Shown here: in pieces, positions 37,014-48,154 of the stretch
How the letters are laid out: every line of letters begins with the position of its first letter
How positions within the stretch are numbered: the first letter of the stretch is position 1
Origin: Paracoccaceae bacterium
GTDB taxonomy: Bacteria > Pseudomonadota > Alphaproteobacteria > Rhodobacterales > Rhodobacteraceae
Direction: 5' to 3'
Assembly: GCA_965203795.1 (NCBI GenBank)
Contig: OZ241915.1
Span: 2,494,255-2,558,254 of the forward strand
DNA length: 64,000 nt
Notes under the pieces: model-generated
Database searches by the model: none
What the model was told of the DNA's origin: nothing
What the model saw: only the letters and a program-made list of their open reading frames with translations
Program-made: the position numbers and the translations under genes

Positions 37014-37793
37014 TCACATGGCGCGCTCGACCAGCATCTTCTTCAGTTCGGCAATGGCCTTCGCGGGATTCAAGCCCTTCGGACAGGTCTGGGCGCAGTT
37101 CAGTATGGTGTGGCAGCGGTACAGCTTGAACGGATCCTCGAGGTCGTCGAGCCTTTCGCCGGTGGACTCGTCGCGGCTGTCGACGACCCACCGGTAGGCG
37201 TGCAGCAGCGCGGCGGGTCCCAGATACCGGTCGCTGTTCCACCAGTAGCTCGGGCAGGACGCCGAGCAGCATGCGCACATCACGCACTCGTAGAGTCCGT
37301 CGAGATGCTTCCTGTCGCCGATCGATTGCCGCCATTCCTGGTGCGGCTCGCTCGTGCGCGTCTCCAGCCAAGGCTGCACTGAAGCGTGCTGGGCGTAGAA
37401 ATGCGTCAGATCGGGAACGAGGTCCCGAACCACCGGCAAATGCGGCAGCGGATAGATCCGGACCTCGCCTTTGCCCCCGTCCATGCCCTTGGTGCAGGCG
37501 AGGTGGTTCCTTCCGTCGATGTTCATGGCGCACGACCCGCAAATCCCTTCCCTGCAGGACCGTCGGAACGAAAGGGTCGGATCGATCTCGTTCTTGATCT
37601 TGATCAGCGCGTCGAGCACCATCGGCCCGCAACTGTCGAGATCGACCGAGTAGGTGTCGAGTCTGGGGTTTTCGCCGCTTCCGGGTTCCCAGCGGTAGAC
37701 CTTGAAGGTCCGGACGTTTCCGGCGCTCTCCGGCTTCGGCCACGTCTTTCCGACCTTCACCTTCGAATTCCTGGGCAGCGCTAGCTCAACCAT
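37014..37793 (-). CDS. sdhB: Succinate dehydrogenase iron-sulfur subunit
   Basis: Starts [13 protein letters not shown] and contains [29 protein letters not shown] and [13 protein letters not shown]. 259 aa from ATG 37793. Confidence 0.95.
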   Translation of the reverse strand: MVELALPRNSKVKVGKTWPKPESAGNVRTFKVYRWEPGSGENPRLDTYSVDLDSCGPMVLDALIKIKNEIDPTLSFRRSCREGICGSCAMNIDGRNHLACTKGMDGGKGEVRIYPLPHLPVVRDLVPDLTHFYAQHASVQPWLETRTSEPHQEWRQSIGDRKHLDGLYECVMCACCSASCPSYWWNSDRYLGPAALLHAYRWVVDSRDESTGERLDDLEDPFKLYRCHTILNCAQTCPKGLNPAKAIAELKKMLVERAM

Positions 37794-37812
37794 CTGCGGA
37801 TCCTTCCCTTGC

Positions 37813-38112
37813 TCAGCCAGGCCACGGCTGAGTCGGCTTGTCGCCGGACTTTTGAACAACGCAACGCTCGTAGACCTCCGCCGGCTCCTTGCCTGCGATA
37901 TAGTCGGTCGAAAGCTCAATTATCAGGCCGGACGAGACGTTTCCCTTCGAATCCACGCCGACCTTGACGGTTCCGGTGGGCGACGCCGCGGACGCCGCGC
38001 GCTTCTTGCATTGCTCCATCGCCACTTCGACCGGAACCGGCTTCGTTTCGCATGCCGCCAGCATGGATCCGAGCAGCAACATTGCGATGCAAGCCCTGAT
38101 CTTTGCGCGCAT
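37813..38112 (-). CDS. Small lipoprotein of unknown function (99 aa)
   Basis: Starts [21 protein letters not shown] (lipobox LAAC). Its ATG overlaps the sdhA stop (TGATG), and its stop lies 19 nt before sdhB. Confidence 0.6.
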   Translation of the reverse strand: MRAKIRACIAMLLLGSMLAACETKPVPVEVAMEQCKKRAASAASPTGTVKVGVDSKGNVSSGLIIELSTDYIAGKEPAEVYERCVVQKSGDKPTQPWPG

Positions 38113-39917
38113 CAGTACACCCTCGCTTGCGGCGCGATTCTGGACGGATTGATGCCGCCTTCCGCAACGTCGACCAGCGTCTCCGTGTGCACCGGGCGGT
38201 AGCCCAGCCGGACATCGGTTCCGTCGACCCAAGCGAGCGTATGGACCCTCCAGCCGTCATCGTTCCGCTCCGGATGGTCCTCGTGCGCGTGCGCACCCCG
38301 GGTCTCCTTCCGGGCCTCGGCGGACACGATGGTGGCCAAGGCGTTCGCCAGAAGGTTCTCCAGCTCAAGGGTCTCGACCAAATCGGTGTTCCAGACGAGA
38401 GACCTGTCGGTGACGCTAACGTCCGCGAATTCAGCCGCCATTTCCTTCAGCTTGCGGACCCCGGATTCCAAGGTCTCGCTGCTGCGGAACACCGCCGCAT
38501 CCTGCTGCATGGCGTTCTGCATCCGCAGCCGGAGCTTGGCGGTCGGCACCGAGCCGTTCGCATGGCGCAGCCGATCGAACTTGTCCATCGCGGCGTCCAC
38601 GGCCGACTTGTCCAGCTCCCGGACTGAACCGCCGCGGTCAAGGATCTCGCCCGCCCTGATCGCCGCCGCGCGGCCGAACACGACCAAATCTATCAACGAG
38701 TTGGACCCCAGCCTGTTCGCGCCGTGGACGGACGCGCAGCCCGCCTCGCCCACGGCCATCAGGCCGGGCTGTACCGCATCCGGATCCCCCGCATCCGGTC
38801 TCAGCACCTCGCCCCAGTGGTTGGTCGGGATTCCGCCCATGTTGTAGTGGACCGTCGGCAGAACCGGGATGGGATTCCTGGTCACGTCCACGCCGGCGAA
38901 AATCCTGGCGGACTCGGATATCCCCGGAAGCCGCTCCGCGAGAACCTCGGGCGGCAGATGGTTCAGATGCAGGTGGATGTGGTCGCGGTTCTGGCCCACG
39001 CCCCGGCCTTCCCGAATCTCGAGGGTCATGCATCTCGAAACGACGTCGCGGCTTGCCAGATCCTTGTACGTGGGCGCGTACCGCTCCATGAAGCGCTCGC
39101 CCTCGGAATTCGTGAGATAGCCGCCCTCCCCGCGCGCGCCCTCCGTGATCAGGACGCCCGCGCCGTAGATCCCGGTCGGGTGGAACTGCACGAATTCCAT
39201 GTCCTGCAGCGGCAGGCCGGCCCTCGCGACCATTCCGTTGCCGTCGCCCGTGCAGGTATGGGCCGAAGTCGCCGAGAAGTACGCCCGGCCGTACCCGCCG
39301 GTCGCGAGGACGACGAGCTTGGCGCTGAACCTGTGAATCGTGCCATCGTCGAGCTTCCAAGCCAGAAGACCCTGGCAGGATCCGTCTTCGCCGAACACCA
39401 GATCCGTGGCGAAATACTCGACGAAGAACTCCGCGTTCATCTTCAGCGATTGACCGTACAGCGTGTGGAGCATCGCGTGGCCGGTCCGGTCGGCGGCGGC
39501 GCAGGTCCTTTGGACAGGCGGCCCCTCGCCGAAATCCGTCGTATGCCCGCCGAACGGCCGCTGGTAAATCCTGCCGCCCTCCGTCCGGCTGAAGGGCACG
39601 CCGTAGTGCTCAAGCTCGTAGACGGCCTTCGGCGCTTCCCGGGCGAGGTATTCCATCGCGTCGACATCGCCGAGCCAGTCCGACCCCTTCACGGTGTCGT
39701 ACATGTGCCAGTGCCAATGGTCCGCGCCCATGTTCCCGAGCGAAGCCGCTATGCCTCCCTGGGCGGCGACCGTGTGCGAGCGCGTCGGAAAGACCTTCGT
39801 GACGCAGGCCGTCCTCAGGCCCTGCTCCGCCATGCCAAGCGTGGCGCGCAGGCCGGAGCCCCCCGAGCCCACGACAACGACATCGTAGGCATGGTCGACG
39901 AATTCGTAGGACGTCAC
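38112..39917 (-). CDS. sdhA: Succinate dehydrogenase flavoprotein subunit
   Basis: GTG at 39917 preceded by GAGGA, starting [22 protein letters not shown]. Contains the covalent-FAD motif [10 protein letters not shown]. Confidence 0.95.
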   Translation of the reverse strand: MTSYEFVDHAYDVVVVGSGGSGLRATLGMAEQGLRTACVTKVFPTRSHTVAAQGGIAASLGNMGADHWHWHMYDTVKGSDWLGDVDAMEYLAREAPKAVYELEHYGVPFSRTEGGRIYQRPFGGHTTDFGEGPPVQRTCAAADRTGHAMLHTLYGQSLKMNAEFFVEYFATDLVFGEDGSCQGLLAWKLDDGTIHRFSAKLVVLATGGYGRAYFSATSAHTCTGDGNGMVARAGLPLQDMEFVQFHPTGIYGAGVLITEGARGEGGYLTNSEGERFMERYAPTYKDLASRDVVSRCMTLEIREGRGVGQNRDHIHLHLNHLPPEVLAERLPGISESARIFAGVDVTRNPIPVLPTVHYNMGGIPTNHWGEVLRPDAGDPDAVQPGLMAVGEAGCASVHGANRLGSNSLIDLVVFGRAAAIRAGEILDRGGSVRELDKSAVDAAMDKFDRLRHANGSVPTAKLRLRMQNAMQQDAAVFRSSETLESGVRKLKEMAAEFADVSVTDRSLVWNTDLVETLELENLLANALATIVSAEARKETRGAHAHEDHPERNDDGWRVHTLAWVDGTDVRLGYRPVHTETLVDVAEGGINPSRIAPQARVY

Positions 39918-39927
39918 GAGTGAATCC

Positions 39928-40311
39928 TCACGCAGATCCGAGAGAGATCCGAACGACTGCAAACACGCCTGCGATCGCCAGCCCCCAGCACAAGAGCGAA
40001 TTCAACACGATCAGCACGGCGCGCGCCGCCTTGCCGTGCACGTAGTCCTCAACGACCACCTGCAACCCGTCCTTGAGATGCAGAAAGCCGACCAGCAGGA
40101 ACAGGATCGCCACCAGCGCGTTCCAAGGGTTCGCGTAGGCGGCGACCGCGGCGTCGTAGCCTGATCCGAGCGCCTTGGCGAAACTCAGGACGAACAGCGG
40201 CGCGAGCGGAACCAGAGCGATCGACGACAGCCTGAGCAGCCACCAATGGCGCGTGCCGTCCTTGGCGGATCCCAACCCCAAAACCCGCTTGTAGGAGGTC
40301 TGGTAGGTCAA
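39928..40311 (-). CDS. sdhD: Succinate dehydrogenase membrane anchor subunit
   Basis: The TTG start overlaps the sdhC stop (TTGA). Contains GTRHWW and three transmembrane helices. 127 aa. Confidence 0.85.
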   Translation of the reverse strand: MTYQTSYKRVLGLGSAKDGTRHWWLLRLSSIALVPLAPLFVLSFAKALGSGYDAAVAAYANPWNALVAILFLLVGFLHLKDGLQVVVEDYVHGKAARAVLIVLNSLLCWGLAIAGVFAVVRISLGSA

Positions 40312-40700
40312 ATCGAGGCCGCCGCCACGGCGCAGACGAACAGCGCCGCCGCTCCGGCGATGCCGGCGAAAGCGGAAATCCAGACATTCCGTTCGCTGAA
40401 GCCCAGCCCCGCGTCCCAGACCAAGTGCCTGATTCCGTTGCAGAAATGGAACGAAAGCGCGGCGAGGCAGCCCAGCATCAACAACTCGCCCGGAACAGTA
40501 GTCAGGAGGCCGTCGACGAACTCGAAATGCTCGCGGGAAATCGACGCCGCCAGCAGCCACCACACGACCAACACGGCGCCCCCGGCCAAGCCGACTCCCG
40601 TAAGCCGGTGCAGGATCGACAGCACCGCGTTCAGCGGAAAGCGGTAAATCGTCGCGTGCGGCGACAGCGGTCGATCAGTCCGATTCCGGTCTGCATCCAT
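40308..40700 (-). CDS. sdhC: Succinate dehydrogenase cytochrome b556 subunit
   Basis: ATG at 40700, starting MDADRNRTDRPLSPH. Contains ILHRLTG and HFCNGIRHLVWD. 130 aa. Confidence 0.9.
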   Translation of the reverse strand: MDADRNRTDRPLSPHATIYRFPLNAVLSILHRLTGVGLAGGAVLVVWWLLAASISREHFEFVDGLLTTVPGELLMLGCLAALSFHFCNGIRHLVWDAGLGFSERNVWISAFAGIAGAAALFVCAVAAASI

Positions 40701-41053
40701 GGCAGCGCTGCAATTCGCCAAGCGATTTCCGAGGGGTCGCAAGGTAAGGCGGCGCGCGGCCGAGTTCAACCTGCGACGCGTACGTTCAGTGCAGCTTGCT
40801 GCGGCGCGGCCGCCGACCAAGACGGACGCGGCCCGGATCCGGCAAACGCGGCTTCCGAACGCAGCCAGACACTTGACATCCGACCCCCCCGTAGGGTGCG
40901 CGCGGCTTCCCGATGGCGCCGCCGCGGTTCGCGCGAACGCCGGAGCCCGTTCCGGACAGGGCGTCGGCGCGGCCCGGTGGCGGCAGGAGCATCGCCTTGC
41001 CCCTCCGCCGACGGCGCGAAGGGACGCTGAACCAGCACCGGAGGGGAACGCTC

Positions 41054-42839
41054 ATGGACACGAAACTGATCGCGGCTCTTGCATGCGGCGCGGCCTTGGC
41101 TCTCGGCGCCTGCTCCGGCGGCAACCCGGCGACGCCGGCGGCGCCCGATCCCGCAACGACCGATCCGGACGCGGACGGCAGGACGGCCGCGGAAAGGGCC
41201 TTCGACGACGCGCTTGCGGAAGCGCAGAGGGATCTGGCCGCCGCGCGGGAGCTGGTGGAAACCGCGGAGGGGCTCGCGATGGCCGCCGACACGGACGGGA
41301 AGCGGACGGCGGCGAAGGCGCTGGCCGCGCCTTCGGGCGACTTCGGCAGGATCGGCCGGGCGGCCATCCTGGTCGACGACGCGGAAGCCGCCCAGGCCGA
41401 TGACGAGACGAAGCTGCGCGCGGCCGAAGGCAGCACGGGATGGGCAGGATCGTCCGCCCTGGTCATAGGGAAGGAGCTTCTCCGGCCTGCGCCCGCGGTC
41501 GATGCGGTCCGCAGGCTGCGCCGGAACGCCGACGGCACCGACGCCGCGACCCTGCTGACGGCGGCAAAGGTCCCGGCGGTCATGTACGACGCCGACGAGA
41601 ACCAGATCGTGATGGCCGAAGGCCTGGGCAGCAGCGGCGACAGGCTGCGCATGCGGGGAGCCCCGGTCGTTGCCGCGGCCCCTACTCCGGAAACACCGTT
41701 TGATTACAGGCAGTTTCTGCTTGTTGGACCCTATTTGGCCCCGCATCCGTTTTTGGACCCCCATGGCGGCGGAAACAACGGCGCCGAGTCGAAACTTGTC
41801 GCCGGGCTGAGGATCACTCCAAGCGGGCTTGTCGTGGACATCGGCGGAAAAGGCGCGCCCGGCATCGATCTCAGACTTCCCGGCTTCTTCACCACGGCAT
41901 GGGTTCAGCCCGACGGATCGAACGGCGGATACGATCTGACGCTGGATTTCGGCCGCCCGTCGGCCTCGCCCGAGGGCAACGCCGAGCATTACTGGACCGC
42001 CGCGCTCATGCCGTCGCCGGAGCATCTGGAGGAGCAAGGCGCCCTGTTCAGGGACGGCGAGCGGACCGTTCCGGTGGGCGCCTACGCCGTGCGGCTGTCC
42101 AACCACGCCGGCCTGGACAGGAATCTCGAGGACCCGGACGATCCGGCGGCCTCCGCGGAGGACGACGTGAACCACTACCTGTCCTACGCTGCCTACGGGC
42201 ACATGGAGTTCAGGCACAGCCTCGACAACCAGACACTCCGCTCGCAGCGGACCTTCCCCTTCCATGTGGGCTACGACGCGTTCAAGGACGAGGCGGGCAA
42301 GAAGACCACGGACATCGCCGAAAGGATCAAAGGGACGTTCAAGGGCCGGACCATGGCCTCGCAAATTCCGGTTCCCGTCATGGGGGGGAGGCACCCGCCT
42401 GCTATTCACGGGCGACTACTATTTGAGGCTGCGGGGCAACGTGGAGCTGACCGCGACGATTTCCGGAACCGCCGCCGACAACAAGATCAGCGGCAAGATC
42501 ACGGACCTGGAGTCCTGGGACGGGAACGGGTTCTGGAAGAACTACGCCGCGATCACCGGCGATCTGGCGCTCCAGGAAACCGCCATCGCCGCCGCGGGAT
42601 CCTTCGCCGGCGTCGTCGACACCGCCTCCTTGCCGGCGTTCGCGGAGGGAGGCTACAAGGGGAACTTCTACGGACCGCCCGCCAGCTTGGAGGCGGCCGG
42701 CATCTGGTACCTTCAGGACGGCGTCAACGACGCCGCCAACACCGAGGCCCGGAACCTGTCAATCGTGGGCAGCTTCGGCGCGGCGCTGGTCCGCGACGAC
42801 GGCATCTGGGGCGTGGCGAAGCCCGCCGCCGGCAACTGA
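41054..42839 (+). pseudogene. Surface lipoprotein with a TbpB-like C-terminal beta-barrel; the frame is broken at a G7 tract (possibly phase-variable or a homopolymer sequencing error)
   Basis: Starts MDTKLIAALACGAALALGAC (lipobox) after GGAGGGGA. The N-terminal frame runs to 42380. The C-terminal part (GGGTRLLFTGDYYLRLRGNVELTATISG...GNFYGPPASLEAAGIWY...IVGSFGAA) is in the +1 frame from the G tract onward. Confidence 0.7.
42382..42388 (+). repeat. G7 homopolymer at the frameshift point
   Basis: Sequence is tGGGGGGGa. Removing one G, or adding two, joins the two halves of the lipoprotein ORF. Confidence 0.9.
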
Positions 42840-42868
42840 CCCCCGGGCCTCCGGCCCGAAGACTTCCG

Positions 42869-42895
42869 GCTGCCGCGCCTTCCCGGCGCGGCAGC
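42869..42895 (+). terminator. Putative rho-independent terminator
   Basis: GCTGCCGCGCC-ttccc-GGCGCGGCAGC, an 11-bp stem, followed by TCCTGTTTCC. It lies 30 nt after the lipoprotein stop. Confidence 0.5.
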
Positions 42896-43500
42896 TCCTG
42901 TTTCCAGAACAGGCCTGTCATTGGGGAAATATATGCTGTCTGGGTTCAGGCGCTGTCGGCACTCCACCCGCGGTTCGGCTGACGAGGACGTCAGCGGGCC
43001 ATCAAGTACCAAGAGAGGCAAGGGAAGTATCCGGTTTGCCGGCGCAGGCCGCGAGGGCAGAGTCTTTTGCGGTGCGGGCGAAGGCACCGAAGGCGGCGCT
43101 GTGGCCGCGATCCGAAGGAACGCCTTGGCCCGGTGGCGCGGGGCGATGGACAGCGGGCTCACGGCGAAGGCTGGCGCGAAGGCGGCGAGGTGTCCTGACG
43201 GACGCTGTTCCGCTGGCGGCATCGGTCGGCGGAAGGCGCGACGGAAACCTCCGAAGCTACTGATTACCTCGTTCGGCATATCGAACAGGAGCGAAGGCGC
43301 CGACAGTTCGCCATGCATTGAACCCAGACATCCGCTTGCCTGATTCCAGCCGCTGGCGGTATTCTTCAACGCACGAACGCGCGCCGCTGCCGGACCTGTC
43401 CGGGAGCGGCATGGCCAGGGATTGCCGGATCGACATGAATGCTTCCGAAGGCTCGCACGACATCGCGTCGAAGCCGGACTCCGGTTCCGACCCAAGAGCG

Positions 43501-44532
43501 ATGCCAGCGCAGCCGGTCGACCTGAGAAGCGACACGGTCACCAAGCCCGATGCCGGCATGCGCCAAGCCATCGCCGCGGCGGAGGTCGGAGACGACGTCT
43601 ACGGCGACGATCCGACCACGAACGAGCTCGAGCGGCGAGCCGCGCAGCTGCTCGGAAAGGAGGCGGCGGCGTTCTTTCCGTCGGGAACCCAAAGCAATTT
43701 GGCAGCAATCCTTGCTCATTGCGGAAGGGGCGACGAAATGGTCGTCGGCCGAACCTACCACACCTACGTGTCGGAAGCCGGAGGCGCCTCCGCTCTGGGC
43801 GGGGTCGTGTTTTGCACGATTCCCGTCGCCGAGGACGGCTCGCTGGAGCCCGACGAGATTAACGCGGCGGTAAAGGAGGACGACCCGCACAAGCCGCGCA
43901 CCCGCCTCCTTTGCCTCGAGAACACGGTTTCGGGAACGCCCGTCCCCCTTGTTCGGATGGAATCCGCAGTCGAGGCAGCAAGGCGGCGCAGCCTGTCGGT
44001 CCATTTGGACGGTGCCCGGATATTCAACGCAGCGGCCGCACTTGGGACGAGCGCCGCGGACATCGCATCAGCGGCCGACTCCGTGTCCGTCTGCCTGTCG
44101 AAAGGCCTCGGCGCCCCTGCAGGCACGGTTCTCGCGGGCAGGAAGGGCTTTATCGGCTCGGCGCGCAGAAACCGGAAGGTTCTGGGCGGAGGAATGCGCC
44201 AGACGGGAGTCTTGGCCGCGGCGGGCCTTTACGCGCTCGAGAACAACATCGCGAAGCTGCCGGACGACCACCGGCGGGCGGAGGCGCTGGCGCGCGCGCT
44301 CCGCCAAATCCCCGACTCGGAGGGATTGACGGTCCGGCAAGCGACCAACATGGTCTTCGTCACGCCTCGGCCGGAAGACCACGCGCCGCTACTGGAGCAT
44401 CTGGGGCGGAAGTCCATTCTGACCGGCAGGACGCGCCCGACGCTGCGCATCGTGACGCACCTCGGCGTGACTGACGAGGACATCGAACGCGCCGCCGACG
44501 CGTTCAGGGAATTCTACCGCCGGGCCGGCTGA
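43501..44532 (+). CDS. ltaE: Low-specificity L-threonine aldolase
   Basis: Starts MPAQPVDLRSDTVTKP and contains VGDDVYGDDPT and SVCLSKGLGAP (PLP Lys). The start at ATG 43501 was chosen by family N-terminus. Confidence 0.8.
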   Translation: MPAQPVDLRSDTVTKPDAGMRQAIAAAEVGDDVYGDDPTTNELERRAAQLLGKEAAAFFPSGTQSNLAAILAHCGRGDEMVVGRTYHTYVSEAGGASALGGVVFCTIPVAEDGSLEPDEINAAVKEDDPHKPRTRLLCLENTVSGTPVPLVRMESAVEAARRRSLSVHLDGARIFNAAAALGTSAADIASAADSVSVCLSKGLGAPAGTVLAGRKGFIGSARRNRKVLGGGMRQTGVLAAAGLYALENNIAKLPDDHRRAEALARALRQIPDSEGLTVRQATNMVFVTPRPEDHAPLLEHLGRKSILTGRTRPTLRIVTHLGVTDEDIERAADAFREFYRRAG

Positions 44533-44553
44533 AGCCGGCGGACGATTTCGCGG

Positions 44554-45111
44554 TCAGCGGCGAAGCTTCCCGCGCAGCCAGTCGAATCGGTCGCTGACCC
44601 GGAGCTTGAACATCGTCCACAATCGCCAAACCATCACGGCCAGCAGCGCCGCGAGCACGTATCCGATGATTCCGATCCAGTTGACGGGGTCGTCGGCCGG
44701 GTTTTCGACCTCCCACAGGCTGACCGCGTTCGGATATATGGACAGGAAAGTGGAACGCCATCCGTAGTGCCGCACCGCGACCCTCTTCTGGGTCGAGAGC
44801 TGGGCGGCGCCTTGGAGGTCCCCGCTGTCGAATTTGAAATACGGCGGCCACCCCCAGCCGGTGTCCTCGTTCCGGAAGACCCGCGGCGTTCCGTCCTCGA
44901 ACGCCGTATTGATGAACCGGATGTCGCGGTTTCCGGCCGCGTCCGTCGAATCGCCGGTCGAGGACCAGAAGAAGCTGCGGTTTCCCACGTCGGTGCGCAC
45001 GACCTCCGTGCCGACGATGGTGACCATGTCGATTGACGGCAATGTGTAATTCAGGAACACTACATAGATCGCCACGATCACGATCCTTGCGACGATCCTC
45101 AATGTCCTCAT
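44554..45111 (-). CDS. DUF1523 family membrane protein
   Basis: 185 aa with an N-terminal and a C-terminal transmembrane segment. Contains FRNEDTGWGWPPYFKFDS. Confidence 0.6.
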   Translation of the reverse strand: MRTLRIVARIVIVAIYVVFLNYTLPSIDMVTIVGTEVVRTDVGNRSFFWSSTGDSTDAAGNRDIRFINTAFEDGTPRVFRNEDTGWGWPPYFKFDSGDLQGAAQLSTQKRVAVRHYGWRSTFLSIYPNAVSLWEVENPADDPVNWIGIIGYVLAALLAVMVWRLWTMFKLRVSDRFDWLRGKLRR

Positions 45112-45264
45112 GCTTTTTACTCCGGCGTTGCGCGGGCATTCCGCGAATTGGCGCGTTCAAGGCCCACTATTGAACATTTGCAGGCGCCTGCACAAGAATT
45201 CCGGCGTCGGCGCGCGGCTGGCGCGAGAAATGCCTTGCGAACCCGCCGGAGCGCCCGCGGCGCC

Positions 45265-46554
45265 ATGACGAAGCTGCAGCGGCTGCTGGACGAGATCGAG
45301 CAGAGGCGCGACGACCTTGTGCGGCTCACGTCGCAGCTGATTTCGATCCCCACGCTCAATCCTCCGGGCGCAAATTACCGCGAAATCTGCGAGTTCCTGC
45401 GGGCGCGGCTGGCCCGATCCGGGTTTTCAACGGAGCTCATCCGCGCCGAGGGAGCGATCGCCGACAGCGACAGGCATCCGAGATGGAACATCGTCGCGCG
45501 CAAGCAGGGGCGCGATCCCGGTGAGTGCGTCCATTTCAACTCGCACATCGACGTCGTCCAGGCGGGGCACGGGTGGACGCGCGATCCGTTCGTTCCGACC
45601 ATGGCCGACGGAAGGGTCTACGGGCGCGGAGCATGCGACATGAAGGGCGGGCTGGCAGCGTCGATCGTGGCCGCTGAGGCGTTCTCGGACCTCTTCCCGG
45701 AGTTCCGCGGCGCGATCGAGATATCAGGGACCGCCGACGAGGAATCGGGAGGATACGGCGGCGTGGCATGGCTGGCCGAGCGCGGGCATTTCTCGCCGGA
45801 ACGCGTCGACCATGTCGTGATCCCGGAGCCGCTGAACAAGAACCGGATCTGCCTCGGGCACCGGGGCGTGTGGTGGGCGGAGCTGGTGACCAAGGGAAGA
45901 ATCGCCCACGGCTCCATGCCGTTCCTCGGCAGCTGCGCTGTCCGGCACATGGGAGCGGTCGTCGCCGAGATCGAGCAGAATCTGGTGCCCGCACTCGCGC
46001 GAAGGCGGACGGAGATGCCCGTTGTGCCCGAAGGCGCGAGGCAGTCGACGATCAATCTGAACTCCATACACGGAGGGGAGCCGGAGCAGGACGAGGATTA
46101 CACCGGGCTCCCCGCGTCCTGCGTGCCCGACCGGTGCAGCCTCGTGATCGACCGGCGCTACCTCTTCGAGGAGGACGCCGACGGCGTGCGGGGCGAAATC
46201 GAGGCGATCCTGGACCGCGTCGCCGGCGCGCGGCCCGGGTTCGCGTTCGAATTGAACGAGCTGTTCAATGTGCCGCCGACGATGACCGGGCGCGACGCGC
46301 CTGTTTCGCGGGTCGTCGCCTCGGCGATAGAACAGGTTCTGGACGCCGCGCCGGAGTACGTGCTGTCGCCGGGAACCTACGACCAGAAGCATATCGACCG
46401 CATCGGCAGAATGAAGAACTGTATTGCCTACGGGCCGGGAATACTTGATCTTGCCCACCAGCCCGACGAATGGATCGGCATCGACGACATGGTCGACAGC
46501 GCGAAAGTCATGGCGCTGTCCTTGGCGGAACTGCTTGCTCCGCAAGGGGACTGA
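45265..46554 (+). CDS. M20-family deacylase (ArgE/DapE/ACY1 type)
   Basis: Starts MTKLQRLLDEIEQRRDDL and contains HIDVV, GRGACDMKGG and ADEESGG. Confidence 0.8.
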   Translation: MTKLQRLLDEIEQRRDDLVRLTSQLISIPTLNPPGANYREICEFLRARLARSGFSTELIRAEGAIADSDRHPRWNIVARKQGRDPGECVHFNSHIDVVQAGHGWTRDPFVPTMADGRVYGRGACDMKGGLAASIVAAEAFSDLFPEFRGAIEISGTADEESGGYGGVAWLAERGHFSPERVDHVVIPEPLNKNRICLGHRGVWWAELVTKGRIAHGSMPFLGSCAVRHMGAVVAEIEQNLVPALARRRTEMPVVPEGARQSTINLNSIHGGEPEQDEDYTGLPASCVPDRCSLVIDRRYLFEEDADGVRGEIEAILDRVAGARPGFAFELNELFNVPPTMTGRDAPVSRVVASAIEQVLDAAPEYVLSPGTYDQKHIDRIGRMKNCIAYGPGILDLAHQPDEWIGIDDMVDSAKVMALSLAELLAPQGD

Positions 46555-46603
46555 TTCAACCCAGGCGCGGACGACGCGCCGACTCGAACCGAAGGAGGAT
46601 GAA

Positions 46604-48091
46604 ATGGCATTGAAACGGAAGCTGGCATCGCTGGCGGGAGGGCTCGCGGCATCCGCTGTCTGCGGGGCCGCAATGGCTGCGAGCACGTCGATTACGATCG
46701 TCATGCCTTTGGAGCCGCCCAACCTCGACCCGACCGGCGGAGCCGCCGCGGCGATCGACGAGGTCGTGTACGCGAACGTCTTCGAAGGGCTGACCAGATA
46801 CGCGCCGGACGGAACCGTTCTGCCGGCCCTCGCCCATTCCTGGGACATCTCCGACGACGGCTTGCAGTATACGTTCAACCTGCGCGACGGCGTGAAGTTC
46901 CACGACGGAACGGCGTTCGACGCCAACGACGTCAAATTCTCGCTGGACAGGGCCCGGGCCGAGGATTCCACGAACGCCCAGAAGGCGCTGTTCGCGGGAA
47001 TCGAGGCGGTGGAGGTCGTCGACCCGCTCACCGTGAGGGTCGTGCTGTCGAACCCCAACGGAACCTTCACGACGAACATGGCATGGGGCGATGCGGTGAT
47101 TGTCGCGGAGGAGACCGTCGCGAACGCGGCAACGAATCCCGTCGGAACGGGCCCGTTCACGTTCGTAAGATGGGTGCAGGGAGACAGCGTCGAGCTCGCC
47201 CGGAACGCCGACTACTGGGGCGCGCCGGTCGCGCTCGAAAAGGCCGTGTTCAAGTTCATTTCCGACCCGAACGCGCAGCTCGCCGCGCTGATGGCCGGCG
47301 ATGTGGACGCGATTCCGAACTTCGCCGCGCCGGAAGCGGTCGGGCAATTCGAAGCCGACGCGCGCTTCAACGTCATCCTCGGATCCACCGAGGGCGAAAC
47401 GATCCTTTCGACGAACAACAAGTCCGGGCCGCTCGCGGATGTCCGGGTGCGGAGGGCGATCGCCCATGCGCTCGACCGCCGCGAGATCATCGACGGCGCG
47501 ATGTTCGGATTCGGAACGCCGATCGGCACCCACTTCCCGCCGCACAGCCCGGATTACGTCGATCTGACCGGAATGTCGGCCCACGATCCGGACATGGCGC
47601 GCCAGCTGCTCGAAGAGGCGGGCCACGGCGACGGGCTGGAGCTCCGCCTGATGCTGCCGCCTCCGTCGTACGCGCGGCGATCCGGCGAAATCATCGCGGC
47701 CCAGCTTCGCGAGGTCGGAATCGATGTCGAGATATCGAATCTGGAATGGGCCCAGTGGCTTGAACAGGTGTTCCGGAGCAAGGACTACGACCTGACGATC
47801 GTCAGCCACACCGAACCCAGCGACATCAACATCTACGCCCGGCCGGAGTACTACTTCCAGTACAACAGCGCCGAGTTCCAAGCGATCAACGCCGAGCTCG
47901 CCGTAACCAACGATGCTGCAATGCGGACGGAACTGCTCGGGGCCGCACAGCGGATGATCGCCGAGGACTACGTGAACGGATACCTGTTCCAGCTGGCGAA
48001 GATCGGCGTGGCGAACGCGAACATCCAAGGGCTGTGGGCGAATTCGCCCACGCAGGCGAACGACCTGACCGGCGTTTCCTGGACCGACTGA
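46604..48091 (+). CDS. ABC transporter substrate-binding protein, peptide/nickel family (family 5)
   Basis: GAAGGAGGA upstream. It has a signal peptide and the motifs LTRYAPDGTVLPALAHSW and YTFNLRDGVKFHDG. Confidence 0.85.
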   Translation: MALKRKLASLAGGLAASAVCGAAMAASTSITIVMPLEPPNLDPTGGAAAAIDEVVYANVFEGLTRYAPDGTVLPALAHSWDISDDGLQYTFNLRDGVKFHDGTAFDANDVKFSLDRARAEDSTNAQKALFAGIEAVEVVDPLTVRVVLSNPNGTFTTNMAWGDAVIVAEETVANAATNPVGTGPFTFVRWVQGDSVELARNADYWGAPVALEKAVFKFISDPNAQLAALMAGDVDAIPNFAAPEAVGQFEADARFNVILGSTEGETILSTNNKSGPLADVRVRRAIAHALDRREIIDGAMFGFGTPIGTHFPPHSPDYVDLTGMSAHDPDMARQLLEEAGHGDGLELRLMLPPPSYARRSGEIIAAQLREVGIDVEISNLEWAQWLEQVFRSKDYDLTIVSHTEPSDINIYARPEYYFQYNSAEFQAINAELAVTNDAAMRTELLGAAQRMIAEDYVNGYLFQLAKIGVANANIQGLWANSPTQANDLTGVSWTD

Positions 48092-48154
48092 GGAGCCCGT
48101 TTCCCGCGCCGGCGCGGCCCCGTCCGCGCCAGCGCTTCCCGTTCCGCTAGAGGC

